Assembly (NCBI GenBank): GCA_951406725.2
Contig: OX597840.1
Location: forward strand, 29,946,001-30,010,000
DNA: 64,000 bases
From: Octopus vulgaris
Taxonomy: Eukaryota
Direction: 5' to 3'
Shown here: positions 45,937 through 59,940 of the stretch, piece by piece
Layout of the letters: the number at the start of each line of letters is the position of its first letter
How positions within the stretch are numbered: the stretch's first letter is position 1
Notes under the pieces: model-generated
Database searches by the model: none
What the model was told of the DNA's origin: nothing
The model's input: the letters and a program-made list of their open reading frames with translations, nothing else
Made by a program: the position numbers and the translations under genes

Positions 45937-45954
45937 TATATATATTAATTTATA

Positions 45955-46338
45955 GTGGAGGCACAATGGCCCACTGGTTAGGGCAGCGGACTGGCGGTCG
46001 TAGGATCGTGGTTTCGATTCCCAGACCGGGCGTTGTGAGTGTTTATTGAGCGAAAACACCTAAAGCTCCCTGATGCTCTGGCAAGGATGGTGGTGATCCC
46101 TGCTGTACTCTTTCACCACAACTTTCTCTCACTCTTACTTCCTGTTTCTGTTGTACCTGTATTTCAAAGGGCCGGCCTTGTCACTCTCTGTGTCACGCTG
46201 AATATCCCCCGAGAACTACGTTAAGGGTACACGTGTCTGTGGAGTGCTCAGCCACTTACACGTTAATTTCACGAGCAGGCTGTTCCGTTGATCGGATCAA
46301 CCGGAACCCTCGTCGTTGTAACCGACGGAGTGCTTCCA
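45955..46338 (+). mobile_element. SINE family C with a third tail type
   Basis: A-box TGGCCCACTGG, B-box-like GTTTCGATTCC; tail also present inverted at ~34300-34400. Confidence 0.8.
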
Positions 46339-46607
46339 TTTATTAATTAATAAATTTTTCAAATTCCAGGAGTTGATCAAGAGTTGGCCACAGAATGAAA
46401 CTATTGTCCAGGTAGCATTTCCAGTTGGTGAAAAAGTATGTTCGAAAGTTGTTGCCAAATTTCAGTTTGGTATGTTCGTATATTTGGAATCTTAATATGT
46501 CATAACAAGGTCAGCAAAAGTAAGGGCTACCCTCATTCCTATTGAAGTACCAGATACTTGTCTGTAGTTGTTTTTGCTAAAAGTAAAAAAGATATTTTGT
46601 AGGATGA

Positions 46608-46649
<42 letters not shown>

Positions 46650-47319
46650 GTATGTGTGTCTATATATGATAAGCTTCTTTCAGTTTCCATCTGCCAGATT
46701 TACTCACAAAACTTTGGTTGGCCTAGATGTATGGTAGTAAATACATCATGTCCAAGGTATCATACAGTGGGATTAAACCTAGGCCCACATGTCTGGGAAG
46801 GAAGCTTTTGGACCCCGTGGTCACATTTCTGTACAAAGTTATAAATACGCAATCACTCATGTGAACCTCATCATCACCATTACCATCATCATCATCATCA
46901 TCCTCCTCCTCATCATTATGAGCCAGTCTCCTTCTCCTCTTCCTCCTCCTCAACATCATCATCATCAACAACATCATCATCAGTCTTCTCACCATCATCA
47001 TCATCTCAATCGTTGTTGTCCTCATCATCATAATCTTTATCATCATTGTAATTGTTGCCACCATCCTCCTCCTCCTATTCCACCTCCACCTGATCACCAA
47101 CACCATCACCCTCGTCATCTTCATCATCATCATCATCATCATCATGTCCGCATTTTTACATTCCCTTTTTTTGCAAGCTTGCACAGGTGGGATGAAGTTA
47201 ATAGAAGCAGATTTGTTGCCCATATCAATCAGAAGACCACAATACCTGACATTAATCCAGTGAAGCAAAACTGACGAGCTGTGTATATATATATATATCT
47301 GTGTGTGTGTGTATATATA

Positions 47320-47362
<43 letters not shown>

Positions 47363-47467
47363 ATATTTCGGAATGGTCAACTATCTATCTATCTATCTAT
47401 CTATCTATCTGTCTATATATATATCTATCTATCTATCTGTCTATATATATCTATATATACATATATG

Positions 47468-47500
<33 letters not shown>

Positions 47501-48199
47501 ATATGTATATATGTATATATATATGTGTGTGTGTATATATATATATGTATATATATATATATGTATATGTATTGTATTTGAAATTGAAGAATTGAAGAAT
47601 TCAGTTTAAAACTATTGCTTCGCCATTGGAATTTTTCACCTGCACATGTTTCCTTGTAAAAAAATTTACCTGAGAATATGCCAGACTCTGTTGACATGCA
47701 GACAACGTGTCCTTACATATGCCACACAGGAGAAGGAAGAAACAGAGAGAGAGACTAAACATAACGTTTTCAGCTTTCAACTGTTTCGCAGCAGAATATA
47801 TGTAATTCTATAATAAACGGTAAATAATTCATGTAGAACAGCTGAAGATTCTTGTGGAACATTCTACAGGAAGACCGGTTTCTCTTTTTTTTTTTCCTTT
47901 GATATGGCGTCGATATTATTGATGGTAACAAAACACTATCAGAATTCTGGGAAAAGCACAATATATATATAAGGATATATATGCATCTGTGTGTGTGTGT
48001 GTGTGTGTGTGTGCATGCATCTATATATGTATCTGTGTGTGTGTGTATATGTATATATATATGTGTATATATGTTCATATGTATATATGTGAACACATAA
48101 TATAAAGAATCTTGCAAACCAAATCCCAAAACGAAATATATATATATATTTATACATATATATGTGTGTATGTATGTATATATATATACACTTGTTTAT

Positions 48200-48616
48200 T
48201 CTTTTACTTGTTTCAGTCATTTGACTGTGGCCATGCTGGAGCACCGCTTTTAGTCGACCAAATCGACCCCAGGACTTATTCTTTGTAAGCCTAGTACTTA
48301 TTCTATTGGTCTCTTTTGCTGAACTGCTGAGTTATAGGGACGTAAACACACCAGCATCGGTTGTCAAGTGATGTTGGGGGGACAAACACAGATGCACAAT
48401 TATATACACACACATACATACACACACACATATATATATATACACACATATATATGACTGGCTTCTTTCAGTTTCCATCTACCAAATCCCTCACAAGGCT
48501 GTGGTCTAGCCGAGACTATACTAGAGGACACTTGCCCAAGGTGCCATGCAGTGGGACTGAACTCAGAACCATGTGGTTCGTTAGTAAGCTACTTACAACG
48601 CAGTCACTCCTATGCC
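48200..48616 (-). mobile_element. SINE family A
   Basis: Full-length reverse complement. Confidence 0.85.
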
Positions 48617-48623
48617 TATAGGT

Positions 48624-48677
<54 letters not shown>

Positions 48678-48922
48678 GAAACATATATATATATATATGA
48701 AACATATATAGAAAATAATAAAAAGGAATTTTGTAAAATCTTCGTTCAGCTCCATTTCTTCACTCACTAAATATATTAAACTTCAAATTTCCGCACTAAG
48801 GCACGGTTTTGAGACCCCATGGTCGTAACCTCAACCGTGATTTTTCTGTTGTGATTTTTGCTACCCAGGTATCGGTTATAATTTGAATAATCCGTAACAA
48901 GATAATTCAATTATCCATTTCA

Positions 48923-48962
<40 letters not shown>

Positions 48963-49047
48963 GTACATGGCTGCACATATTTGCCTGTGTTTCCATTCTA
49001 TATATGTATATATATTCATATACCACTATATATATATATTACATGTG

Positions 49048-49097
<50 letters not shown>

Positions 49098-49570
49098 ATG
49101 TATGTATGCACATATATAATTTATATATATATATATAGAACATCTAATTATTATGCACTGATGAGTTCTAAATGACTTAATATAATAATGTGTATTAGTT
49201 TTCTTGAAATTTTAGACCTAAATATGGTCTTTTGTGACAGAAACAGGTGTCTTGTTAAATTAAGTAAATATTCCATTCAACCATCAAAATCCGTTCTATT
49301 TATTTAATGACATTTATTGAACTCCATCTAATAAATTGGTTCTTCCAATGATGTTATGTATGTATGTATGTATGTATGTATGTATGTATGTATGTATGTG
49401 TGTGTGTAGGTATGTATGAAAATGAAAAGAATCCCTTAAAGTATGATTAAAACACCTTGGAAATCTAGGGAATAGAGCCCTAAACAGTAGAAGTATTTTC
49501 ATCTAAAAAACTATAATATATAATTATGTCTATCTATCTACCTATCTATCTATCTACCTATCTATCTATC

Positions 49571-49606
<36 letters not shown>

Positions 49607-49836
49607 ATATATATATATATATATATATACTCTTTACTCTTTTACTTGTTTCAGTCGTGACTGTGGCCATGCTGGAGCACCGCCTTTAGTCGAACAAATC
49701 ATCCCCTGGACTTATTCTTTGTAAGCCTAGTACTTATTCTATCGGCCTCTTTTGCCGAACCACTAAGTTTACGGGAACGTAAACACACCAGCATCGGTTG
49801 TCAAGCGATGTTAGGAAACAAACATAGACACATAAA

Positions 49837-49867
<31 letters not shown>

Positions 49868-50173
49868 CTATATCTATATCTATCTATCTATCTATCTATA
49901 TGAAATAAGACTATTTATCCAATTTTAAAAACAGTCCTAGTCTCGCTTTGTTTTCTTACTTTCTAATCATCTCATAATAATGACTTTTATGACTCGTATT
50001 ACTACCTCAGTCCATCTAAATGTATATATTTGTTGTTACCTGTCATAAAAAGCCTTTTTTATTTGCAATGTGCATTTTCGTTGATTTTTCATAGTTTACC
50101 CTTACATTTCCACGTGTATTTTATATTTTCTTTTTGTAACATATTTCTACAATATATATACACATACACACAC

Positions 50174-50274
<101 letters not shown>

Positions 50275-50471
50275 CACAAACACACATATATATATATTTA
50301 TATATTTATATATACATATATATATATACATATAGTCTCCCCTCCATACACACACAGGCATGTATCTGACTCATACATTGTTCACTTTCCAGACGTTTCT
50401 ACATTACTGCATGTACTTTATATGCACTTTCTGACAAGTTGTGGTGCACCTGAGCACTGTATACAATAATT

Positions 50472-50530
<59 letters not shown>

Positions 50531-50965
50531 TGAACACTTACATAAATGCATACAGACATGCTTACATATACATATATAATCATTATTGATTCAGTTTCTG
50601 TCTACCAGATCCACTCACAAGACTTTGGTTGGCCTGAGGCTACAATAGAAGATACTTCTTAACCCAGAACTAAGCAAGCTACTTACCACACAGCCACTCC
50701 TGCACCTATATAAATATGTGATATATATCTATGTACACTTGTTGCCTGTTACCTTAAGTAACATCACAACTTCATTGTGAAGTCTGAGATTAAGAACTCA
50801 GATTTAAGTGGGTGGGATGTTGTCTGGTGACAGCATCCATTCCACCAACATGGTGGAATGGATGCTGCCAGCACTGACAATGGACATTAAATGATGATGA
50901 TGATAATATATATATATATATATGTATATGTACATATTTTATATATTCTCTTTTTTCTCTTTTAA

Positions 50966-51298
50966 TCTTTTACTTGTTTCAGTCATTTGACTGTGGCCAT
51001 GCTGGAGCACTGCCTTCAGTCAAGCAAATCAACCCCAGGACTTATTCTTTGTGAGCCTAGTACTTATTCTATCAGTCTATTTTGCCAAACCGCTAAGTTA
51101 CAGGGACCTAAACACACACACACACATACATATATACGACGGGCTTCTTTCAGTTTCCGTCTACCAAATCCACTCACAAGGCTTGGGTCGACCCAAGGCT
51201 ATAGCAGAAGACACTTGCCCAAGATGCCACACAGTGGGACTGATCCGGAACCATGTGGCTGGTAAACAAGCTACTTACCACACAGCCACTCCTACGTC
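50966..51298 (-). mobile_element. SINE family A, internally deleted; split halves also at 49628-49840 and 50590-50707
   Basis: Homology to other A copies. Confidence 0.85.
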
Positions 51299-51518
51299 TA
51301 TTTATTATATAATATATTATATATATTATATACTATATAATACTTAATGTACAAAATATGGATTTATACAATCCAGCAGTTATCACAAAAGAGCTTCTCA
51401 ATGGGCCTGGCTATTTTAGTATGATGTTTGCTGCAAAACAACTGTAATCTTGTGGGTATCAACTGATGAAATAAATATATTCATCTCATACCTCCTGATT
51501 TTCTTTATATTCTCTCTC

Positions 51519-51587
<69 letters not shown>

Positions 51588-51590
51588 AAT

Positions 51591-52099
51591 CAAATCAAAT
51601 CAAATCAAACCAAATCAAAATAGATGAACATCAATGGAATTTGTATCCTTGTGGTACCAGTGCCGGTGGCACATAAGAAAACCATCCGAGCGTGACCGTA
51701 GCCAGTACCGCATCGACTGGCCTCCGTGCTGAGGGCATGTAACAAACACCATCCGAGCGTGGCCGTTCGCTAGCCTCGTCTGGCACCTGTATCAGTGGCA
51801 CATAAAAAACACCATCCGAGCGTGGCCGTCTGCCAGCCTCATCTGGCACCTGTGTCGGTGGCACATAAAAACACCATCCGAGCGTGGCCGTCTGCCAGCC
51901 TCCCCTGGTACCTGTGCCGGTGGCAAGTAAAAAGCACCCACTACACTCACGGAGTGGTTGGCGTTAGGAAGGGCATCCAGCTGTAGAAACACTGCCAGAT
52001 CAGACTGGAGCCTGGTGCAGACCCTGGCTTCCCAGACCCGGTCGAACTGTCCAACCCATGCTAGCATGGAAAACGGATGTTAAACGATGATGATGATGA
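51591..52099 (+). mobile_element. RTE-type 3' region with an internal ~62-67-bp tandem array
   Basis: ACCATCCGAGCGTG at about 51681, 51748, 51811 and 51873; (GAT)n tail. Confidence 0.8.
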
Positions 52100-52169
52100 T
52101 ATTTAATTAATCATGTTGAACTTTTAATCTCTACAGATATTTTCCTCTCTATTTATATATAAATATGTA

Positions 52170-53430
52170 TTGGGTTGGCAATTAAGTTCCTGCGATTTTT
52201 TAAATGGTTTAATAAAAAATAACTAATTAATCAATAATGTATTCACCCTTGTTGTTTGCAACTTCTTCCCAACGTTCAACAAGATTTTCAATACCTCGTT
52301 GGTAGAAATCACCTGATTTCGACTCGGAAAATTGATCCAACCAAACTCTCAATTCTGCATCAATACTAAACAAAACTCCGCACATAGCATTTGAAAGAAA
52401 TTGAAAGAGGTGGAAATCCATTGGTGCCAAATCAGGAGAGTATGGCAGGTGTGGCAGCACTTCCCAGCCATGCGTTCGAATGGCTTCCTTGATCATATTA
52501 GCGATATGAGGGTGGGCATTGTCGTGCAGCAGAAGAACTCCATGCTGTCGATTTGATCTTTTCTTTTGAATAGCCGTGTTGAGTCGTTCCATCTATTGAA
52601 CATAAAGTTCCGCATTGAACGTTTCGTTCCATTCAAGCAATTCGTAATGGATAATCCCTTTCCCAGTTCCCACCATATTGCACAACGCCATTTTACGTGG
52701 ATGAAGGTCTTGTTTCACGCACGATGTCTCTTGTTTACCAGGGCTAAGCCATTCCTTATTCTGCTTCATATTGATGCACAGGTTCCCTTTTTCATCACCA
52801 GTAATGATTCGGTAAAGAAATCATTGCTTGTGTCCATGAGTTGAGCGATGACGAGCAAGCAAACCAGCGGAGATTATGGTTCATTGATTTTTGTTGTTGT
52901 CACTTAAAGCATGCAGAACCCATTCTCCATACTTCTGAACTTTTCCCATCGAGTGAAGATGCTTCTCTCTAGCAGTGTGGGAGTATTCTATTTTCTCTGC
53001 AAGTTCCCTTGTTTGATGAGAATTCTCGTGCAAAAGTTGGTTTAATCGCTCTTCATCAAACTCAACTGGACAGCGAGAATGAGGTGCGTCTTTGAGGTCA
53101 AAATTTCCATTTTTGAACTTGGCATACCAATCACGAGTGGTTCTTTCAGCTAAGGCACTCTCTCTATACACAGCACAAATATTGTGAGCAGCTTTTGTGG
53201 CCTTAGAACCTTGATTAAAAGCAAAAAGAAGGTGTCGAAAATGCTTGTTTTTCTTAACTTGACATTCCATTTTAATGATCTGAAACTAAAATTAACTAAC
53301 AAAAGAAAAAACAAAATAGATTCCAAAATGATTCAAAAATAGAATTCTTGAAAAAAATAGATTCCAAAATTTAAAAACGCAATGAATTTCAAAATTTAAA
53401 AAAACGGTGGGAACTTAGTTGCCAACCCAA
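52170..53430 (-). mobile_element. Full-length but inactive mariner (DD34D) transposon, 1261 bp
   Basis: TA TSDs at 52168-69 and 53431-32; TIR TTGGGTTGGCAA(T/C)TAAGTTCC; transposase 53270-52227 with WVLHAL, ITGDEK and HDNA...YSPDLAPMD (34-residue spacing); broken by a stop and frameshifts. Confidence 0.97.
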
Positions 53431-53742
53431 TATATTTATGTATGTATGTATGTATGTATGTATGTATGTATTTATGTGTCTGTGTTTATTTCCCCACCAT
53501 CACCTGACAACTTATGTTGGTGTGTTTACGTCCCTGTAACTTAGCAGTTCAGTAAAAGTGACCAATAAAATAAGTACTAGGCTTACAAAGAATAAGTCCT
53601 GGAGGTTGATTTATTCGACTAAAGGCAGTGCTCAAGCATGGCTTCAGTCAAATGACTGAAACAAGTAAAAGAATAAAAGAATAAAATGATTATATACATG
53701 CATATATATACATATATATGAAAGTATATATATATATTGGTA

Positions 53743-53778
<36 letters not shown>

Positions 53779-54419
53779 TATATACATATATGTATAAATA
53801 TATCAGCAATATATAATATATAAGTGACTGGGATCACAACATGGAGTACTGGTCCATTGCAGAGTAGCACACACAAACAATGGTCTTCCTCACAGTTTCC
53901 ATCTACCAAATTTATTAACAAATCATTTATCAGCTCAGGGCTGATCTAGGATTGAACCAGGAACCATGCAGTTGCAAAGCATCCCTCTAAACCACACAGC
54001 CATCCCCGAAGCATTAGGCATTTCGATTTACCAAACTCAACAGCTTAAACTCTTACATGACCACCACCCCTTAAATTATGATATCTAAGAGGAAATCTTG
54101 AGCAATTTGTAATTTGGAATTGTACACTGGAAGCCCAGATGCAAGAAAAGATTTGGAAATATTTTTGTTGTCTTAGACATCAATCTTGGCATCAGCACTG
54201 ATGCCGGCAGCTTCTTTGGCAATTGCGTTATCATTGACAGCATCATTGTACTCTTCAGCATCGTCATCATAATCTTTGGCACCGTCACCGTCATCATCTG
54301 TGTTGGTGTCTCCGTTGTTGTTGTGTTTTTGTCAATTTCGTCGTTGTCGTCAATGTTGTTTGGTTTGGCTGTTGGTAGAGTTGGCACCAATGTCATTATC
54401 ACCGTCATTGCTGTCAGCG

Positions 54420-55030
54420 TCATGGTTGTGATTTTTATCATTATCATCATCACTATTGCTACACTCACCACCACCACAACCACTACTACTACTACTACTA
54501 CTACTATCATCATTATCATCTCCACCATCATCATCATCACCAACACCATAGCTACCATCATCACCACCATCATCACTACCACCACCATCATTGCTACCAC
54601 CACCACCACCACCACCATCATTATCATCAGCACCATCGTTGCTACCACCAACATCACCACCACCATCATTATCATCAGCACCATCATCACCACCACCACC
54701 ACCACCACCATTACCCCCGCCATCACTATCACCACTACCATCATCATTAGCACCATCATCACTATCATCTCTACTACCACTACCACCACTACTACCACTA
54801 TCATCATTATCATCTCCACCATCATCATCACCATCACCATAGCTACCATCATCACCACCACCACCACCATCATGTTCACCAGCACCATCATTGTTACCAC
54901 CACCACCACCACCACCATTACCACTACTATCACTATCACCACTACCATCATCATCATCATCACCATCATACCTATCATCTCCACCATCATCACCACCATC
55001 ACATCCACCGCCGCCACCACCACCACCGCC
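54420..55030. repeat. Cryptic (CAT)/(CAC)/(TAC) array with higher-order duplication
   Basis: Direct reading; block CTATCATCATTATCATCTCCACC recurs near 54504 and 54798. Confidence 0.9.
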
Positions 55031-55534
55031 GCAATCATCCCCCTACATGTGTATGCTGAACTTACGCTTTGAAACAACTTATCAAACTGTCCCCTTTGCC
55101 AAAAAAAAAAAAAAAAAAAAAAATTCGTAAAAGGAACAAACAGAAAGGAGTCCAATGGGAAAAACCTAGCTGTTCAATAAACAGGGATCAATAAAATCAA
55201 GTTCCCGGACTCCTATCGATGAAGATCGATACGATGGACTAACTATAAGAACCCCCCACAGAAAATTGCATCCTAACACAACTGCCTTTGAATGAGAATA
55301 GAAGAATAAGAGAATAAGGAAAAAGAACAAAACTATAGGAATAACAGAATAAAGGCAAATAAGAAACGACAACAACAACAACAACACAAACATCGAATAA
55401 ACCTTCTTTTCTATGAATTACAGAAACGTTTCTCGTTTAATTTCCTGCAAGGAAGTCTTTCCTGTTCTTTCATCAATTCAGTTTTATTTATAAGCAAAAT
55501 TTGTTTTTTATATATATAGAGAGAGAGAATACCA

Positions 55535-56565
55535 TTCTTCTTCTTCTTCCAATTCTTCTTCTTCTTCTCCTCTTTCTTCTTCTTCTTCTTCTTCTTCTTC
55601 TTCTTCTTCTTCTTCTTCTTCTTCTTCTTCTTCTTCTATCTTCTTCTTCTTCTTCTTCTTCTTCTTCTATCTTCCAATTCTTTTTCTTCTTCTTCTTCCA
55701 ATTCTTCTTCTCCTTCTCCTTCTTCTTCTTCTTCTTCTTCTTCTTCTTCTTCTTCTTCTTCTTCCAGTTCTTCTTCTTCTTCTTCTTCTTCTTCCAATTC
55801 TTCTTTTTCTTCTTCTTCTTCTTCTTCTTCTTCTTCTTCTTCTTCTTCTTCTTCTTCTTCTTCTTCTTCTTCTTCTTCTATCTTCTTCTTCTTCTCCTTG
55901 CTTCTTCCAATTCTTCTTCTTCTTCTTCTTCTTCTTCTTCTTCTTCTTCTTCTTTCTTCTTCTTCTTCCTCTTCTTCTTCTTCTTCCTCTTCCTCTTCTT
56001 CTTTTCTTCTTCTTCTTCTTCTTCTTCTTCTTCTTCCAATTCTTCTTCTTTTTCTTCTTCTTCTTCTTCTTCTTCCAATTCTTTTTCTTCTTCCAATTCT
56101 TCTTCTTTTTCTTCTTCTTCTTCCAATTCTTTCTTCTTCTTCTTCTTCTTCTTCTTCTTCTTCTTCTTCCAATTCTTCTTCTTCTTCTTCTTCTTCTTCT
56201 TCCAATTCTTCTTCTTTTTCTTCTTCTTCTTCCAATTCTTCTTCTTCTTCTTCTTCTTCTTCTTCTTCTTCCAATTCTTCTTCTTTTTCTTCTTCTTCTT
56301 CGTCTTCTTCTTCCAATTCTCTTTCTTCTTCTTCTTCTTCTTCTTCTTCCAATTCTTCTTCTTTTTCTTCTTCTTCTTCTTCCAATTCTTTTTCTTCTTC
56401 TTCTTCGTCTTCTTCTTCCAATTCTTCTTTTTCTTCTTCTTCTTCTTCTTCTTCTTCTTCCAATTCTTCTTCTCCTCCTCCTCCTCCTCCTCCTCCTCCT
56501 CCTCCTTCTTCTTCTTCCAATTCTTCTTCTCATCCTCCTCCTCCTCCTCCTTCTTCTTCTTTTTC

Positions 56566-56566
<1 letters not shown>
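55535..56566. repeat. ~1-kb (CTT)n polypyrimidine tract punctuated by CCAATT
   Basis: Direct reading; source of the poly-E/K/R/F/S ORFs. Confidence 0.95.
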
Positions 56567-56609
<43 letters not shown>

Positions 56610-56617
56610 TTTATTAA

Positions 56618-56830
56618 GGTGATGAGCTGGCAGAATCATTAGCTCACTGGACATAATGCTTAGCAGTATTTCACCTGTTGCTATGTTCTGATTACCAATT
56701 CTATCGAGGTTGGCTTTGCCTTTCATCCTTTCAGGGCTGATAAATTAAGTACCAGTGAAACACTGGGGTCGATGTAATCGACTAGCCCCGTCCCCAAAAT
56801 TTCTGGCCTTGTGCCTTTAGTAGAAAGGAT
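56618..56830 (+). mobile_element. SINE family B variant
   Basis: GAGCTGGCAGAA head, B core, GGCCTTGTGCC tail. Confidence 0.8.
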
Positions 56831-56849
56831 TATTATTATTATTATTATT

Positions 56850-58110
56850 GTATTAAAATGCACAGCTTATATTACTGGGTCTGATGGAAAATGTTAACTG
56901 TTCACAGCCAGCAGACTAAGGTGACACTTGTTTACCGATCATGCTTCAAGAACCCTGCAAAGAATTCTTGCAGTTCCAAGCAATGCTGATTTTTGCAGAT
57001 GTTCTATCTTTACATTTGTATCAATCTTTTTGAGCCGTGCTGGTAGTTGAGTGCTGAAACTTCCAAGTGCACCAATTACTATTGGTATCAAGTCTACTTT
57101 CTTCATTGACCACAACTTTCGTATTTCCCACTTTAAATCATCATAGTTGTTTATTTTTTCTTATTCTTTCACATTGATCTTGTTGTTGGGGCATGCTATG
57201 TCAATTATCATCATCATCATCATTGTTCGACCGTGGTCGAGACAATGGGATTTACCATGCTACACCAGACTTCATGGTCCATCATAGCATTACGGAGGTC
57301 CTGTTGCTGGATGCCTGTATCCCTGGAGATTACATCAGGGTAGGAGAGTGTGCGCCCTCTGGTATCGCGACCGTGGTCGAGACAATGGAATTTACCATGC
57401 TTCGCCAGACTTCATGGTCCATCATAGCATTACGGAGGTCCTGTTGCTGGATGCCTGTATCCCTGGAGATTACATCAGGGTAGGAGAGTGTGCGCCCTCT
57501 GGTATTGCGAGTAGATGGCTTCCAGAGGAGAAGAGTAGAAATTACTTCTTTTTCAGCTCTACAACAATGTCCAGCAAACTGGACTCTCCTACCTTTCACA
57601 AGAGATGACACAGGTGGTAGTTTCCCATATATTTGCAGTTTGGTTGGATTATCATACACGTTCTTTATTTTTCATTCACTACAACAATGTCCAGTTTCCG
57701 ATGTCTGGTCAGGTGATTCTACTGGATCATTGCATCCCACAGGTTTTTCCAATTCTCATTTTCTTTGACTCCTTCCAGGGTTTGTTGATACTACGTCTTT
57801 GTTCTTTGTAGGCCATGATTACCACAGAGTCCTCAATGGATCAGTCTTGCCACATTGTCATGGCAACTTTCTTATTCACATTGTGCCAATTACAGGCATT
57901 CACTAACGATGTGTCATACTGTTTCACCCCTCTCACCACACATTCAGCATTTGTCACTATCAGTAGTGTTGTCTAGTTTGCCCTTCATATGATTGGTCCT
58001 TAATGCTTGTACCTGAGCTGCACATATGAGTGCTTCCGTCTCTCTCTTCAGGTCACTCCTCCTCATCCATATCCACTGGTCCTCTACATCTGTCTTGGAG
58101 TACACATCTA
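56850..58110 (-). mobile_element. R4/Dong-clade retrotransposon 3' portion (CCHC knuckle + restriction-like endonuclease), interrupted
   Basis: Minus: LKRETEALICAAQ.QALRTN...C*MC....ETV*HIVSEC...DIVVV..[insert]..IIDIACP...IPIVIGALG...LQKSALLGTARIL; (ATT)n on both sides. Confidence 0.9.
57212..57647 (-). mobile_element. RTE-like LINE 3' end nested in the Dong element, with an internal 140-bp duplication
   Basis: RRVQFAGHCCR...LLWKP...RGR...AMMDHEVWR; (GAT)n tail; TSD ATTATCAT at 57204-57211 and 57648-57655. Confidence 0.85.
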
Positions 58111-58122
58111 TTATTATTATTA

Positions 58123-58174
<52 letters not shown>

Positions 58175-58434
58175 GTGAGGATGAATGGCCCAGGGGTTAG
58201 GGTGTTACATTCGTGATTGTGAGATATTTATATGATGTTCCTAATGGTGTCATGTAAAAGATCACTTTGTTGTGCCCTGGAAAAAGCACGCCATACACTC
58301 TGCAAAGGGGTTGGCATTAGGAAGGATATCCAGCTGTGGAAATTAACCTGGACTATGGAATCTGGTGTGGTTCTTGGCATCGCCTGTTCCTGTCAAGTTG
58401 TTCAACCCATTCCAGCATGGAAGATAGATGTTAA

Positions 58435-58835
58435 CCCTTTCGTTACCAACCCACCTGAAACTGCCTCTGGCTCTGTAATACAAATGTCTTGTTTTCAAAA
58501 GTTCTGAATTAAAATCTTCCACCAAACCTTAGTCACAATTTATGTTCCTAACACTAGCTTAATGACAACTAAGTTATTTTACTAAATTCTTTGTTATATT
58601 TAAAATTAATTGAAAGAAACACAGAGCATCTCAACAGAAATATGGTAACAAAAGGGTTAAAATATATAACAGAGAAACAATTCTTAGCCCTTTTGATATC
58701 AACCTGGCTGAAACCGGCTCTGGCTCTGTAGTACAAATGTCTTGTTTCCATAAGTTCTGAATAAAAATCTTTGTTATATTTAAAGTAATTGAAAGAAACA
58801 CAGAGCATCTCAACATAAATACAGTAACGAAAGGG
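58435..58835. mobile_element. Two piggyBac-type MITE copies (58435-58656, 58688-58835)
   Basis: TTAA|CCCTTTCGTTACC ... GGTAACAAAAGGG|TTAA; inserted at the TTAA of an RTE-type tail that resumes at 58840. Confidence 0.8.
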
Positions 58836-58922
58836 TTAAATGATGGTGGTGATACTGATGATGATAATGATGATGATGAGGATGATGATGATGACGATAA
58901 CAACGGTGATTATGGTTTCGTA

Positions 58923-59114
58923 TGAAGGGGTGCTGAAAAGTTCCTGGCTTTGAGTAAAAGAAAATACAGGAGGATCGGTTAATTATGATTTTATCCATCA
59001 TATTCCCCTCTCAGAATCACACACTTATTGCAGTGGTCCTTCAGTTTTTCTAAGCCCTGTAAAAGAACTCGGAAGGCTGGATCGCCAGCCAGGCCTTTTA
59101 TGATACCCCCCTCG
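58923..59114 (-). mobile_element. Mariner-derived MITE (internal deletion derivative)
   Basis: TA-flanked TIRs TGAAGGGGTGCTGAAAAGTTCCTGGCT / AGCCAGGCCTTTTATGATACCCCCCTCG; retains the transposase C-terminus QGLEKLKDHCNKCVILRGEY. Confidence 0.8.
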
Positions 59115-59906
59115 TATATGGGGAGAGTCTTCTATGAATCTTCTGTCTATCTGATACTTCTAGCAAAGGATATGATAAACCAGTAGAATATATTTGGCCA
59201 AGGCACTATGTATTAGGATGAAACCAGGAATTGTATAGTTATAATTCTGAAATGAAATTCTAAACCACATAACCATTTCTATGACATTTTTAACAATAGA
59301 AAAACATAAGCTCGTCTGATATGAAATATATCTATTCCCACTAAATATGCATACGAACCTATCTACATACATAAATGTGTGTGAGTGTGTTGTGTGTGCT
59401 TGTGTGTGTATGTAAGTGTATGAATATGTAGGTGATTAATATTGTTATATATACAGGTACAGGTAAAAAAAGATATGTGGATATTTGAAACAACTAAAAG
59501 CCATTGAGGTAATGTTATTAAATCTAAAATATTATCTGAATCCTGGAAAATAGGTAACAAAAAAAGAAACACAAAAATATCAATTCTGAATTATTATGAA
59601 GGCTTTTTTTTTTATTTTTATTATTTTTTTTTTTTGCTTTGCTTTGCTTTTTTCCTATAAAATTGTATTATTTGAAGATTTACTAAATTAAAACTGGATA
59701 TATAAAAGAGCAGAGATTGAAGTCTGAAGAAATTTATAATCTGAATATGACATCATATAAATGCAATCGATAATAGAATAAAAAATATATACACATGTGT
59801 ATATATACATACATACGTGTGTGTGTGTGTCTGTGTCTGTGTGTGTATCTTTGTGTATATATACACATATATTTACATACATGTTACATATGTATGCACA
59901 TATTGA

Positions 59907-59940
<34 letters not shown>

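Noticed and set aside
51660-51930. Repeat-spacer appearance of the ACCATCCGAGCGTG array
   Set aside because: The intervening sequences are homologous to each other; it is a tandem array inside an RTE-type 3' region
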